64,000 nucleotides of DNA from an uncultured Vicinamibacteraceae bacterium (GCA_964342185.1 CAYFER010000013.1:4598-68597), one strand, 5' to 3'; shown: positions 29,688 to 40,852, counted from the first letter of the stretch. Notes: generated by a model not told the origin, from the sequence alone. Numbers and translations are program-made.

Positions 29688-31310
29688 ATGCTTCGCGTTA
29701 ATTCAGTGACTCTTGCGACAGGAGCCGTAGTCCTATCAGGCCTGATCGGTGGGGTTTTCGGTGGCCGCCTTTTAGCGACTCAGGAGAAAGGTATTCCAGA
29801 ACATTACGAAGCCTTTGCGTCGGCGTTGTCTGCCGTTGAGGAGCATTATGTGGGCGAAGTCGATACCGAACGACTGGTGTATCAGTCTATCGGTGGAATG
29901 CTTCAGACATTGGATCCCCATTCAAATTTTATGGATCCGAGGTCGTACGCCCAATTGCGGGAGCGTCAGGAGGGGCGGTACTACGGTCTTGGTATTACGA
30001 TCAATGTGATTGATGGCGGTATCACCGTGATGAGTATCTTTGAAGGATCGCCAGCATTTCGAAAGGGACTTCGCCGAGGGGATGTTATTGCTGAGATTAG
30101 TGGCGAAGACGCCACTGATATGACTAGCGACGAAGCGGTCAGTTTGTTGCGGGGGCCACGAGGCAGTTCCGTGAATATTGCTATTCGCCGGGCTGGCTAT
30201 GAGGAACTTATAGATCTTTCAGTTGAGCGGGATGAGATAACGATTAGGTCGATTCAAGGCGCTTTTATGGTGGACGAACAGACCGGTTATGTTCGTCTCC
30301 GTGATTTTTCTGAGACAACAGGTGAAGAACTTGAACAGAAGTTGTCTGAATTAGACGAACTTGGCATGCAGAGACTAGTACTCGATCTTCGTGATAATCC
30401 AGGAGGGCCACTTGATCAGGCCATACGAGTCTCTAATGCATTTCTGCCTCGTGATGATCTCATTGTATATACGCGGGGTCGCGTGAATAATTCAGACCAG
30501 GATTACCACGCGCGCCAGGAGAGTGCGTTTACTGAACTACCGCTGGTCGTCTTGGTGAATAGGAATAGCGCGAGTGCTTCAGAAATCGTGGCCGGTGCGA
30601 TTCAAGATCACGATCGTGGTTTGATTGTGGGTGAAACGACCTTTGGAAAAGCCTTAGTGCAGTCCATTTACCGAGTGAGTCACGGTGCTGGCCTTGCGTT
30701 GACAACGGCCCGTTATTACACGCCCAGTGGTCGCATGATTCAGAGGCCTTGGGATGGGGCTTTTGACGAATATCTCACATATTCGTTACGTGATCAGCAG
30801 CCTCGTCCACATTTGCCGTCTGATCGAAAGTATACCGACAGCGGACGTGAGGTTTACAGCGGTGGTGGAGTTGAGCCAGATTATCGAATAGCGGGACCGA
30901 TTCAGGGCTTCGACCCGTCTAGGCTTGGTCGTCTTCTTGCTGGCCGGCAGGAATTTGCTAGTTTTGCGGAACGGTTTTCAGCCGTTGGAGATACAAGGAT
31001 CAGGGAAGAGAGTACAGGTCGAGAGTATGTCGATCGGGGCTTCACCGTCGATGAAGGCATGCTCGATTCTTTCAAACAGCATGTGCGTAGTCGTGGGCTG
31101 ACTGTCGATGAAGATATGTTTTTAGCTGACCTCGATTTTATCCGTGCGATGATTCATCTTGAGATTGATATCGCGGTTTTCAATCTGGACGAGGCGCGAC
31201 GAAACTTGTTCGATACAGATCCTCAAGCCCAGTATGGGATGACTTTGTTTGAAGAAGCTGAACGGTTTCTCCAGGTAGAAAACCAACCCTCACTTGTTGC
31301 GCAGCAGTAG
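29688..31310 (+). CDS. carboxy-terminal processing peptidase, S41 family
   Basis: 540 aa: N-terminal anchor, PDZ (GLGITINVIDGGITVMSIFEGSPA), catalytic region NRNSASASEIVAGAIQDHDRGLIVGETTFGKALVQ. Confidence 0.9.
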   Translation: MLRVNSVTLATGAVVLSGLIGGVFGGRLLATQEKGIPEHYEAFASALSAVEEHYVGEVDTERLVYQSIGGMLQTLDPHSNFMDPRSYAQLRERQEGRYYGLGITINVIDGGITVMSIFEGSPAFRKGLRRGDVIAEISGEDATDMTSDEAVSLLRGPRGSSVNIAIRRAGYEELIDLSVERDEITIRSIQGAFMVDEQTGYVRLRDFSETTGEELEQKLSELDELGMQRLVLDLRDNPGGPLDQAIRVSNAFLPRDDLIVYTRGRVNNSDQDYHARQESAFTELPLVVLVNRNSASASEIVAGAIQDHDRGLIVGETTFGKALVQSIYRVSHGAGLALTTARYYTPSGRMIQRPWDGAFDEYLTYSLRDQQPRPHLPSDRKYTDSGREVYSGGGVEPDYRIAGPIQGFDPSRLGRLLAGRQEFASFAERFSAVGDTRIREESTGREYVDRGFTVDEGMLDSFKQHVRSRGLTVDEDMFLADLDFIRAMIHLEIDIAVFNLDEARRNLFDTDPQAQYGMTLFEEAERFLQVENQPSLVAQQ

Positions 31311-31382
31311 TCTGCCTTGTTACACTGGCCTTGGTCCATCGGGGCAGCCTGTTGATTAACTCGAACGGGTGATGGGGTTTTG

Positions 31383-31407
31383 GCCCGGTAACACACACGG
31401 GCGTTTT
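31383..31407 (+). terminator. weak terminator-like hairpin
   Basis: GCCCG, 10-nt loop, CGGGC, then GTTTT. Confidence 0.3.
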
Positions 31408-31456
31408 GAGGCACGGCTGAAGCAAAACTACGAGAACTTTGTCGGGGCGTTCCCAG

Positions 31457-31504
31457 CCGCTCGGCAGGCAGTGAAACAAGATGCCTGCTTGGAGCGGTTT
31501 TTTC
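31457..31504 (+). terminator. rho-independent terminator downstream of the S41 peptidase gene
   Basis: CCGCTC-G-GCAGGCA, loop GTGAAACAAGA, TGCCTGC-TTG-GAGCGG, followed by TTTTTTC. Confidence 0.6.
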
Positions 31505-31538
31505 TTGTACAGGACAAGAGTTAACTAATAGAGATCCA

Positions 31539-34500
31539 ATGCGTCTGAATCATATTGAGATATCAGGTTTTAAAAGCTTTCCAGAGCGTTCTGAGCTAGC
31601 CTTCGATGGAGGTGTGACCGCGATCGTAGGTCCGAATGGGTGCGGTAAAAGTAACCTCATCGACGCGATCTCTTGGGTCCTAGGGGAACAGAGTGCCCGT
31701 AGTCTTCGCGGCGAACGCATGGAAGACATTATTTTCAGCGGCAGCGATGGCAGACGTCCAACCGCTACAGCCGAAGTCCGCCTGCAACTTTCGCAAGTCA
31801 CTGACGCGTTGGCTGGGCTCACCGAAACCTTGAAGATGGAACCTCAAAATGGAAACGGCCATTTAGTTTCTGCTGAAATTGCCGGCCTCCATAACGGTGA
31901 GGACCATGCGGAGTCTAACCGTGGTGACGCTGAGCAAGGGGAACGAGACATCATCGTTAGTGGGTGCGATGAAACCATGGCGACAGTCCTAAAAGATGTA
32001 GAAGTAGGACGTCGTCTATTTCGCTCTGGAGAGAGTGAATATCTTATAGATGGACACGTTTGTCGACTAAGGGATATTCAGGATCTCCTCATGGATTCTG
32101 GTGTTGGAGTTAAGGCTTACGCGGTCATTGAGCAAGGTAAGATTGGGCAAATCCTCAGCGCTCGACCGATGGAGCGACGGCAATTGTTGGAAGAGGCTGC
32201 AGGTGTAACTAAGTATAAGACCCGAAGACGTTCAGCTGAATTAAAGCTCGAAGCGGCTCAGAAGAATCTTACTCGCGTTGACGACATTGTTTTTGAAGTT
32301 GAGAAGCAGCGTAGTGCTCTAAAGCGTCAGGCTGCAAAAGCGCGACGTTATAGGAGGTTACGGGAGACTCTAAGACGCTGGGAGAAGATACAGTTCGCTC
32401 AGAAAAACGTTTCGTTCACTCATGCTATTGAGAGTGCGCGTCAGCGTTTAGATACAGTTCGTCAACGTGAAGAAAGTTCGAAGAGAGAACTGAAGGCAAT
32501 CGAAGACAAGCATGAACACCTGCAGGTCGACCTGACACAGGCTGACCACAGTGTGGCGCAAGCCCGTGACGCTGCGCATGCGCAGGAATTGGAATTAGGA
32601 CGGCGTAAACAACAGATTGAGTCTGATAAAAGTCAGGTGTCGTCATTGGCTAATTCCGTCGTTTTGGGCAAGGAAGATTTGCGCCAACTTGACAAACGGA
32701 ATACACCACTCCAAGAAGAATTTGCGAAGCAGTGGCTTGCTGCCGATGAATGCGATGCTGCGAGGAATACTGCAGCAACAGATTTAGAGAAATTGGAAGC
32801 TTCTTATGCGGAAGCTTTGAAGATCATCGAGGGCCTCGAGAGTGATGTTGAGGCGTCACGCAGTGAAGTGTTTGCCGCGGTTAATTCTGCTACCACTCTG
32901 CGACATGTAGTTGAAAATTCATCGTTGAGTCGCAGTCGTCTTGCCGACGAACTTGCTAAATTAGAGAGGGAACTTTCCGATTTCGTTACCGAGTTAGAAG
33001 CGGCTACTTCGACCCGAACTCGTGCTGGTAATTCGACTGCTCAGGTTAAAAGTAGTCTGGAAGCAATAAGACAAAACCGCGGGGTCAGAGAAGCCGAGTT
33101 GGTTGCAGTTCGTTCTGAGGTTGAATCTGGAAACCACCGTGTACGGTTGGGCGAACAGTCATTGGCTTCTCTGCTAGCTCGGCTTCGTTCTATTGAAGAA
33201 TTGGTGGCTGCGCGGGAAGGATACAGTGATGGTGCTCGGCTGGTCCTTTCTTTGTCCAAAAGTGAGGTGCAGCATTTTGGCTCTATTGCTGATCATCTTG
33301 AAGTTGACCATGGGTATGAGCGCGCGGTTGAAGCGAGTCTAGATGAGTTAATTCAGTATGTCATTGTGCCATCAGCCAATGAGGTTAAGAAAGGACTGGA
33401 GTTTGTCCAAAACAGGAACGTAGGTCGCTGTGGCTTCGTGGTGGCCGACGCGATAGAACAGGTCTTACCAGACAAACGAAAACCATATAGTGCGCTGCTA
33501 CCTCTAATTGACGTTGTAAAAGTTGACGGTATTGCAAAGCAGGCGATTCGCGGGTTATTTGTTAACCGCTGGCTTGCGCCGTCATTTGCTGAGGCAGCAG
33601 AGGCAGCGAAGATTACTACCGATTCCATTTCGACACCGGATGGCACGGTGTTTTGTGGCTCGTCTATCATCCGCTGGGGTGGCAAGACGGAGGTGCGCGG
33701 GATCCTCGCGACAAAGGGTGAAATTCGCGACCTGCAATCTAAGATCGAAATTCAAGAGGACACCTTAACTCGTCTTCGGGATGATTTGACCCGACAGTCT
33801 GGGCGAGCGACGGCAGCAGAGGCGGACCTTAAGGCTCTCGAAAAAGAAGAGCACATTACAGAGAAGGAACTATTAGAACTTGAACTTGGTTTAAAGCGTG
33901 TGGGTGAGGAGTTGATCCGGTTACATCAAAAGCAGTCCGTTCTTAAGACTGAACGGCGAAAAGCTAAGGAAGAATTTGACAATCTTGAAGCCCGTGAGTC
34001 AGAAGCGAATCAAGCGATTATCAAACTTGAAAGTGAACAACGTGTGGCTGATGAACGTTTTATGTCAAGCCAACGGGATCTCATGGAGGCTCGCGAGGCG
34101 GTTGAATTACGTGGCCACAAGTTGACTGAAGCTAAGGCAGAATATGCGGCATTGGTCGAGCGTGCCGCCGCATTTAACTCTGATGTCAAGCGTATCGATG
34201 ATGCACTGGTCGAACTTTCTGAGCGTTTAGTAAGTGAACAAGAAGCGATCGAACGTAAGTCTGAACGTCACGGAATCTTGTCAGCGGAGATTGTTACGTC
34301 GCAGGCCGCGCTACAGACTGGCGTTGAGCAGTTCGAGCTACTGCAAAAAGATGTGCAGATTTGTGATCAGCGAACAACAGACATTCGTCGCCAGATCGAG
34401 GATCAAACGGGAAAGCTCCGAGCCGCGAGAGAAGCACTTAACGTGGTTCAAGAAGACGTCGGTCGACTTTCTCTTGCTCGGGCAACAGCCGAAGCGGATT

Positions 34501-35366
34501 TAGCCGGGTTACAAGAATCTTGTAATGAGGTTCTGCAGTTATCATTGGAAGAGGTATGCCGCGAGGTTGAAGGTTTTGATATAGACAACAAGACTGAAGT
34601 GGTTTTTGGCGTGAATGGTTCAGTGAAGCTTAGTGATCCTGAAATCTCGGTCGACAAAGAAGGAATTCAGGCCGAAAAGGAGACTGATGATGATGGTTCG
34701 GTTTGCGACGAGGCCGAACAATCGCTAGAGCCTGTACAGATGATTGCTGAGCTCCGACAGAAAATCGAACAATTGGGACCAGTTAATATGATGGCAATCG
34801 ATCAGTTTGATGAACTTGAAGACCGTTTTGAGTTCTTGACAACACAACGGAAGGATCTTCTTGACTCGATTCTTGCAACAGGTGAGGCTATCAAGCGAAT
34901 TGACGTCACCACTCGTGAACGCTTCAAGGAGGCTTTTTCCGCGGTCAATGATTATTTTCAGGAGATATTTTCGACGCTATTTGGTGGCGGCCGAGCGGGG
35001 CTTGTGTTGATCGACGAGACTGATGTGCTTGAGAGCGGTATTGACATAATCGCTCAGCCACCTGGTAAGAGACTTCAAAGTATTCAGCTGTTGTCTGGTG
35101 GTGAGAAGGCCTTAACGGCTATGGCGCTCATGTTTGCGATTTTCAAGTTCAAGCCAAGCCCCTTTTGCCTCTTAGACGAAATCGACGCTCCACTTGATGA
35201 CGCTAACATCGGTAGGTTTGTCACGATGTTACGCGGCATGCAAGACCGAACCCAGTTTGTTTTGGTGACACACAATCGAAAAACTATGGAGATTGCCGAC
35301 AGATTGTATGGTGTTACGATGGAGGAACCAGGGGTGTCGAAACTTATTTCTGTCAGGTTGGATTAA
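31539..35366 (+). CDS. smc: chromosome segregation protein SMC
   Basis: 1275 aa: Walker A GPNGCGKSN, long coiled coils, hinge, signature LSGGEKALTAMALMFAIF, Walker B CLLDEIDAPLD. Confidence 0.95.
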   Translation: MRLNHIEISGFKSFPERSELAFDGGVTAIVGPNGCGKSNLIDAISWVLGEQSARSLRGERMEDIIFSGSDGRRPTATAEVRLQLSQVTDALAGLTETLKMEPQNGNGHLVSAEIAGLHNGEDHAESNRGDAEQGERDIIVSGCDETMATVLKDVEVGRRLFRSGESEYLIDGHVCRLRDIQDLLMDSGVGVKAYAVIEQGKIGQILSARPMERRQLLEEAAGVTKYKTRRRSAELKLEAAQKNLTRVDDIVFEVEKQRSALKRQAAKARRYRRLRETLRRWEKIQFAQKNVSFTHAIESARQRLDTVRQREESSKRELKAIEDKHEHLQVDLTQADHSVAQARDAAHAQELELGRRKQQIESDKSQVSSLANSVVLGKEDLRQLDKRNTPLQEEFAKQWLAADECDAARNTAATDLEKLEASYAEALKIIEGLESDVEASRSEVFAAVNSATTLRHVVENSSLSRSRLADELAKLERELSDFVTELEAATSTRTRAGNSTAQVKSSLEAIRQNRGVREAELVAVRSEVESGNHRVRLGEQSLASLLARLRSIEELVAAREGYSDGARLVLSLSKSEVQHFGSIADHLEVDHGYERAVEASLDELIQYVIVPSANEVKKGLEFVQNRNVGRCGFVVADAIEQVLPDKRKPYSALLPLIDVVKVDGIAKQAIRGLFVNRWLAPSFAEAAEAAKITTDSISTPDGTVFCGSSIIRWGGKTEVRGILATKGEIRDLQSKIEIQEDTLTRLRDDLTRQSGRATAAEADLKALEKEEHITEKELLELELGLKRVGEELIRLHQKQSVLKTERRKAKEEFDNLEARESEANQAIIKLESEQRVADERFMSSQRDLMEAREAVELRGHKLTEAKAEYAALVERAAAFNSDVKRIDDALVELSERLVSEQEAIERKSERHGILSAEIVTSQAALQTGVEQFELLQKDVQICDQRTTDIRRQIEDQTGKLRAAREALNVVQEDVGRLSLARATAEADLAGLQESCNEVLQLSLEEVCREVEGFDIDNKTEVVFGVNGSVKLSDPEISVDKEGIQAEKETDDDGSVCDEAEQSLEPVQMIAELRQKIEQLGPVNMMAIDQFDELEDRFEFLTTQRKDLLDSILATGEAIKRIDVTTRERFKEAFSAVNDYFQEIFSTLFGGGRAGLVLIDETDVLESGIDIIAQPPGKRLQSIQLLSGGEKALTAMALMFAIFKFKPSPFCLLDEIDAPLDDANIGRFVTMLRGMQDRTQFVLVTHNRKTMEIADRLYGVTMEEPGVSKLISVRLD

Positions 35367-35522
35367 TACTGTATTCAAGAATAACCACGACAAGAATGTC
35401 AGTTTTGTTTCTTCAGTGCGTGGAACCTACGGCCGTGGTTGTAGTCTGACGGACTCAGCAGATATTCTATTCCCTCACATACAGTGATGAAAATCACAAA
35501 CTTTGGTGCGGCGGCAGTTGTT

Positions 35523-37730
35523 TTACCGTTGCCCGCCACGCCCTCTTGGTCCCCGCGAACGTTGACGGCTACGAGGAGGGGTGTCTGATGGCGGTGTTTG
35601 TGTTTTCTTATGGGAAGCAGCAGTATCTCCGTCAGTGTCAGAATCGGAGGGTGCTGGAAGTAAAGCTTTTCGGCTAAGTCTTACCTTCCCAGACGGGTCA
35701 ACATTGATTACCTTGACTAATACTTGGTCTCCTTCCTGTAGTTCGTCCCTGACATCGGCTACTCGATAATGAGCAATTTCAGAAACGTGCAGCAGGCCGT
35801 CAATACCAGGAAGAATTTCAATAAAGGCTCCAAAGTCAGTAATCCGTTGAACCTTGCCTAAGTAGGTTTTGTTGAGCTCTGGACTCGCCGTCAGTTCCTC
35901 AATGATGGTGATGGCTTTTTTGGCCGACTCGTCGTCGGCGGAAGCGATATTGACCCGGCCATCGTCCTCAACATCAATCTTGACCCCAGTTCGCTCAACG
36001 ATACTGCGAATAGTCTTACCACCGGGCCCGATGATATCTCGAATTTTGTCGACCGGAATCGTAAGAGTCACGATCCGAGGTGCATAGGTTGACATTGAAT
36101 CTCGCGGTGACTCGATGGTCGTTTCCATCTTGTCCAGAATGTGAAACCGGCCGGCTTTGGCCTGTTCCAGCGCATCACGCATGATGTCTGTAGTGATTCC
36201 AGAAATTTTAATGTCCATTTGCAAAGCCGTGATTCCATTTCGTGTGCCAGCGACCTTAAAGTCCATGTCACCGTAATGATCCTCGGCTCCGGCGATGTCG
36301 CTTAAGACCGCGTGTCGATTCGTGGTCTCATCAAGGATTAAACCCATGGCCACACCTGCCACTGGAGATTTGAGGGGAATACCAGCATCCATTAAAGCTA
36401 GTGAGGCACCACAGACAGTTGCCATTGACGACGACCCGTTCGATTCAAGAATGTCTGAAACCACACGGAGTGTATAGGGGCATTCGTCTTCAGAGGGGAT
36501 CATTGGAACAAGGCTCCGCTCCGCCAGATTGCCATGGCCGATCTCTCTGCGCCCAGGACCACGTAAGAACTTGACTTCACCAACAGAGAATGGTGGAAAG
36601 TTGTAGTGGAGCATGAACCTCTTATAGATTTCTCCGGCGACGCCTTCAATCTTTTGCTGGTCGGCACTGGTGCCCAGAGTCGCTGTTACCAGCGCTTGTG
36701 TTTCTCCTCGGGTAAAGACTGCGGAACCATGCACGCGAGGCAGTAAACCGATTTCTGATGAGATATCACGTATCTCATCAAACTTTCGACCATCGAGTCG
36801 CTGTCCATGCTCAAGGATTTCGTCGCGCAGTACCTTTTCTTTAAGCGAGGAGAAAATCTTTTTCGCCTGTGCCTGTTGATCGTCCTCTTCTTCATTGAAA
36901 GACTCGATCAGTTTGTTTAGTACGTTGTCGACTTGTGCGTAGCTTTCCAGTTTATCTGGAAGTTTCATGGCGTCAGCCAGCGGACCAAGAACCTGATTTT
37001 CAACTCTTTTTACTAAGGCACTGTCGATTACCGGTGCCTCAATTGAAAGTTTTTTCTTGCCGACTGCAGTAGCCATTTCGTCGATAGTATTAACGATCTG
37101 TCGAATTGCTCCGTGACCTGTTTCGAGGGCCGTAAGCATTTCTTCTTCCGACAATTCTGTTGATCCGGCTTCAACCATTACGATCGCATCACTGCTACCG
37201 GCTACGATGAGATCAAGGCGACTTTTTTGGCGCTCCTCGTACGTTGGGTTTACAAGAAATTTATCGTCGACTAGGCCAATTCGTACGGATGCAATGGTCC
37301 GTTCCAAGGGCATTGGTGAGAGTGCTAGAGCCGCCGAGGCCCCGGTCAATCCCAATACATCTGGATCGTTATCTGCATCCGAAGATAGTACAAGCGCTAC
37401 TACTTGAGTCTCACGATGCCAATTCGATGGAAACAGGGGACGAATTGGTCGGTCGATCAAACGACTGGTGAGGACCTCCTTTTCGGTGGGTTTACCTTCA
37501 CGTTTAAAGAAACCACCTGGAATTCTTCCTGACGCGTAAGTATTCTCACGAAAATCAACCGTTAGTGGAAGAAAATCAATTCCTTCGCGTGGGGTTGGCG
37601 TGTAGCACGCCGTGACCAAGACGACCGTCTCGCCGTAGCGTACGATGACTGCACCGTCAGCTTGTTTCGCAAGTTTTCCAGTTTCAATCGAGAGATCGTT
37701 TCCGCCGACCGACAGGTTGGCCGTATGCAT
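35523..37730 (-). CDS. pnp: polyribonucleotide nucleotidyltransferase (PNPase)
   Basis: 735 aa, two RNase PH domains plus KH plus S1; basic Arg-rich C-terminal tail. Confidence 0.96.
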   Translation of the reverse strand: MHTANLSVGGNDLSIETGKLAKQADGAVIVRYGETVVLVTACYTPTPREGIDFLPLTVDFRENTYASGRIPGGFFKREGKPTEKEVLTSRLIDRPIRPLFPSNWHRETQVVALVLSSDADNDPDVLGLTGASAALALSPMPLERTIASVRIGLVDDKFLVNPTYEERQKSRLDLIVAGSSDAIVMVEAGSTELSEEEMLTALETGHGAIRQIVNTIDEMATAVGKKKLSIEAPVIDSALVKRVENQVLGPLADAMKLPDKLESYAQVDNVLNKLIESFNEEEDDQQAQAKKIFSSLKEKVLRDEILEHGQRLDGRKFDEIRDISSEIGLLPRVHGSAVFTRGETQALVTATLGTSADQQKIEGVAGEIYKRFMLHYNFPPFSVGEVKFLRGPGRREIGHGNLAERSLVPMIPSEDECPYTLRVVSDILESNGSSSMATVCGASLALMDAGIPLKSPVAGVAMGLILDETTNRHAVLSDIAGAEDHYGDMDFKVAGTRNGITALQMDIKISGITTDIMRDALEQAKAGRFHILDKMETTIESPRDSMSTYAPRIVTLTIPVDKIRDIIGPGGKTIRSIVERTGVKIDVEDDGRVNIASADDESAKKAITIIEELTASPELNKTYLGKVQRITDFGAFIEILPGIDGLLHVSEIAHYRVADVRDELQEGDQVLVKVINVDPSGKVRLSRKALLPAPSDSDTDGDTAASHKKTQTPPSDTPPRSRQRSRGPRGRGGQR

Positions 37731-37812
37731 GAGTTTTGCTCCTAAATCACGAAATAAAGGCGCGTAGAGGACCGCGATTAGGGCCCAAATAGGCGGGTGT
37801 CTTCAGTGTCTC

Positions 37813-38082
37813 CTACTTACGGATGCCAAGACGCTTGATTAAGTCCGCGTATCGCTCGGTGTTCTTGCCCTTGAGGTAGTCGAGAAGTCGTCGCCGTTGA
37901 CCCACGAGTTTCAAAAGTCCTCGCCGCGAATGATGATCTTTAGCGTGAGTCTTGAAGTGTTCAGTCAAATAGCGAATTCGTTCACTAAGGATCGCTACTT
38001 GGACCTCCGGTGAACCTGTGTCGTTCGCGTGGGTGCGATATGAATCAATTATTTCTGACTTCTGCTCCTTGGGAAACGCCAC
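37813..38082 (-). CDS. rpsO: 30S ribosomal protein S15
   Basis: 89 aa, [38 protein letters not shown] start with GGAGG 8 nt upstream. Confidence 0.96.
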   Translation of the reverse strand: MAFPKEQKSEIIDSYRTHANDTGSPEVQVAILSERIRYLTEHFKTHAKDHHSRRGLLKLVGQRRRLLDYLKGKNTERYADLIKRLGIRK

Positions 38083-38193
38083 TATCTACCTCCGCGAACG
38101 GTCCAGACGCGCATCAGATGAAGCCGCATGTGCACCAGACCGCCGCCCACCGCCTTAAACTATTAATTCTCTCTTTACTTTAACTAATCGAGC

Positions 38194-39129
38194 TTACACT
38201 AGAACGATCCTGGGATGCAAAATGCCGGTGGCAATCTTCTCAGCGATAGCGATAAGATTTCCGCTATCGTCATAGAGCTTGACTCTGTCGCGAAGAGCTG
38301 CCGCAGGTGTTTTTTCTGGGGTGATCTTAAAATGTTCTGAATTTATTGTATTGCCATGTTTTGCACGACGAACACCGCCTTCGGTGACGACTACACTCGG
38401 TAGGTTCGGTAGCAGTCGAGCCATGGGTATGAGGTGCCGAGAAGAATGGTCTTTATTTTTCTCTAGCCGATCTATTGAGCTTGCTTCGCTAAGTATAAAA
38501 GGTCCGCTTTGTTCCCGCCTCAAAGTGTCCAGACATGCGCCGCAACCAAGAGCCTGTCCAAGGTCGTTGGCTAGGGATCTGACGTAGAAGCCAGGAGCGC
38601 AGATCACGCGACATACGATATGGTCTGTTGTCAGTTTCTCGATTTGAAATTCCTTTACCGTAACTTCCACCGCTTTTGGTAAAAAAGGCTCGAGGCGTCG
38701 GGCCAACTTGTAGGCGCGAACGCCACCGATCTTTTTTGCCGAATAGGGTGGGGGTAGTTGTTTGAACGTTCCCACGAAGTTCATACTCGTTGCCTCTACT
38801 ATTTCGCGGGTGAGCTTCTGATGTTTCTTCTTCGGTGTTTTAGGTGACACGATCTTGCCTGTGACATCGTAGGTGTCAGTAGAAATTCCAAGCCTGAAGA
38901 CTGCGTGGTAGATCTTGTCGCCCAGGGATAGAAGTGATGCTAGCCGTGTCGCTCGTCCCACAACAAGTGGTAAGACTCCGGTTGCAAGCGGGTCCAGTGT
39001 GCCAACATGACCAATTCGGCGCGTTCGCAATATTCGGCGAACGCGTGTCACTACGTCATGGGACGTGATACCTGTAGGTTTGTCGACGATTAGCACGCCG
39101 TCCGGTCCAGGGGCTGTGTATTGTACCAA
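38194..39129 (-). CDS. truB: tRNA pseudouridine(55) synthase
   Basis: 311 aa, [33 protein letters not shown]; TTG start. Confidence 0.93.
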   Translation of the reverse strand: MVQYTAPGPDGVLIVDKPTGITSHDVVTRVRRILRTRRIGHVGTLDPLATGVLPLVVGRATRLASLLSLGDKIYHAVFRLGISTDTYDVTGKIVSPKTPKKKHQKLTREIVEATSMNFVGTFKQLPPPYSAKKIGGVRAYKLARRLEPFLPKAVEVTVKEFQIEKLTTDHIVCRVICAPGFYVRSLANDLGQALGCGACLDTLRREQSGPFILSEASSIDRLEKNKDHSSRHLIPMARLLPNLPSVVVTEGGVRRAKHGNTINSEHFKITPEKTPAAALRDRVKLYDDSGNLIAIAEKIATGILHPRIVLV

Positions 39130-39133
39130 GGGT

Positions 39134-40105
39134 CTAAGACGCCGTATTTTCGACAGATGAATTTACTTCTGCAACGATAAGTGTCCGGGTGTCACTATTT
39201 GGACTAACCACCGAAAAACCAGCCGCATTCTTGTGCCCTCCTCCTCCGTGGCGTGTTGCGATAGCCCTGACGTCAACAGATCCTTTGGAACGAAGGCTCA
39301 CTCGGAGTTGGTTTTCGACGGTCTTAAACATTATTACAGCCTTGATAGGCTGTGCAGCTAGCGGTAGATTAATAAGGCCCTCAAGATCGTCTGTTGTACA
39401 TCCATTTGTTCTGAGGATTTCGTCATTTACGTTCAAGACGGCTGTGTGTCCTCCGTTTGCGAGATCCATCGCGTTAAGGAGGACTCCAGTTAATCGAAGT
39501 TTTCCCACTGTTCCGTTTTGAAAAACACGGTCGGCGATAGCAGATGGAGTAATGCCTGCTTGGGCAAGGGCTGCGCAGATTCTAAACGTCTTAGCGGTGA
39601 TGTTGGAATGTCTAAAAGAGCCGGTATCAGTAAGGATTGCCACGTACAAATGTGTGGCAATCGGGAGGGTAAGTTGAACTCCGAGCACGTTAACTAAGTC
39701 GAACACCATCTCTCCGCAGGCTGCTGCAGTTTCGTCGAACCAATTGAGGTCGCCGTAGAGCAGGTTGCCTAAATGGTGGTCTATGTTGATCACGAAGTTC
39801 CGGTCTAGGCCAGTCAAACCAGTTCGCTCAAGTGATGGACATTCCAGGACGATAGCCGCATCAAAGGTTTCCTCAATCGTTTGACAGACTTCTACCTCTG
39901 ATGTGCCTGGAAATGAAGCAAGATAGTTTGGTACTGGATCTCGGTTGATGATCCGAACATCTTTCTGGAGACTTTTTAGTGCGTGAGCCAGTGCTAATTC
40001 TGAACCAATTGAATCACCGTCTGGTCTCGCATGCGATGTGATTACAAACCGCTTCCGCTGCGCAATAGCCTGGGCAATTGAATTGACTTCAGGAATCGAA
40101 TGCAT
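39134..40105 (-). CDS. DHH-family phosphoesterase (NrnA-like oligoribonuclease/pAp phosphatase)
   Basis: 323 aa, [23 protein letters not shown]1 motif [12 protein letters not shown]. Confidence 0.85.
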   Translation of the reverse strand: MHSIPEVNSIAQAIAQRKRFVITSHARPDGDSIGSELALAHALKSLQKDVRIINRDPVPNYLASFPGTSEVEVCQTIEETFDAAIVLECPSLERTGLTGLDRNFVINIDHHLGNLLYGDLNWFDETAAACGEMVFDLVNVLGVQLTLPIATHLYVAILTDTGSFRHSNITAKTFRICAALAQAGITPSAIADRVFQNGTVGKLRLTGVLLNAMDLANGGHTAVLNVNDEILRTNGCTTDDLEGLINLPLAAQPIKAVIMFKTVENQLRVSLRSKGSVDVRAIATRHGGGGHKNAAGFSVVSPNSDTRTLIVAEVNSSVENTAS

Positions 40106-40141
40106 CGACGTGCCGCCTGTCTTGAAAATTGTCAGTAGAGG

Positions 40142-40546
40142 TTACTCGTTTAGGTTGTCGTCACCGTTGGTTGTTGGATTGTTTTGAATTTGATCAAACA
40201 AAACGGCAATACGATCTTGTTTTTCCATCGAGATATCGTATTCGAATCTTAATTCTGGAACATGCCGAAGTTTCAAGCGATTTCCTAATTGTCTTCTAAG
40301 AAAAGGTCGAACTCTCTTGAATGCCCTTAACGTCGAATGCTTTTCACGAGATTCTTCAGGACCTGTAAAAAAGACTCGGGCCTGCTGCAGGTCTTTGGAC
40401 ATCCGAACATAGGTGATCGTCACTTGATCGACACCAGGGTCACGCACATTTTGACGCAGTTGCACGTTAAGTTCGTTGCGAATAAGCTCACCAACACGAT
40501 CACCTCTCGAACCCTGCGACATCCTGCTTCTGCTCCTTCTCCTCAC
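40142..40546 (-). CDS. rbfA: ribosome-binding factor A
   Basis: 134 aa, RVGELIRNELNVQLRQNVRDPGV...VTITYVRMSKDLQQARVFF. Confidence 0.92.
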   Translation of the reverse strand: MRRRSRSRMSQGSRGDRVGELIRNELNVQLRQNVRDPGVDQVTITYVRMSKDLQQARVFFTGPEESREKHSTLRAFKRVRPFLRRQLGNRLKLRHVPELRFEYDISMEKQDRIAVLFDQIQNNPTTNGDDNLNE

Positions 40547-40567
40547 TGCCCTTGCTAAAGGGCAGTC

Positions 40568-40852
40568 TTATGCTAGCCATTCGATTTCGGATCTGACGAC
40601 CACACCGTCTCCTTTTTTTTCTACTTCTTTGACGACATTAGCCAGAGATTGTTCGACGAGTTGCTGTTCAGCGCCAACAGCAACTACAGCAAGAGCCGTG
40701 CGTTGCAATAGATCTTGGTAGTTAACTTCTGCAAAACCGACACTGAGTTTATTTAGGCGGTCTTTGATACTTCGGATTACTACTCGCTTCTCTTTGAGTG
40801 ACCGGGAATGTGGTATGTGTAACTCAAGTGACAGTAGCCCAACGATAGGCAT
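40568..40852 (-). CDS. DUF503 (YlxP-like) protein
   Basis: 94 aa, LSLELHIPHSRSLKEKRVVIRSIKDRL; typical infB-rbfA spacer gene. Confidence 0.85.
   Translation of the reverse strand: MPIVGLLSLELHIPHSRSLKEKRVVIRSIKDRLNKLSVGFAEVNYQDLLQRTALAVVAVGAEQQLVEQSLANVVKEVEKKGDGVVVRSEIEWLA

Noticed and set aside
35385-35423. Two-tier hairpin CCACG..AAGAA / TTCTT..CGTGG between the convergent smc and pnp genes, considered as a pnp terminator.
   Set aside because: The stems are short (5+5 bp) with an internal loop, and the downstream tail TTATTCTT is only moderately U-rich. It is plausible but not strong enough to list as a feature.
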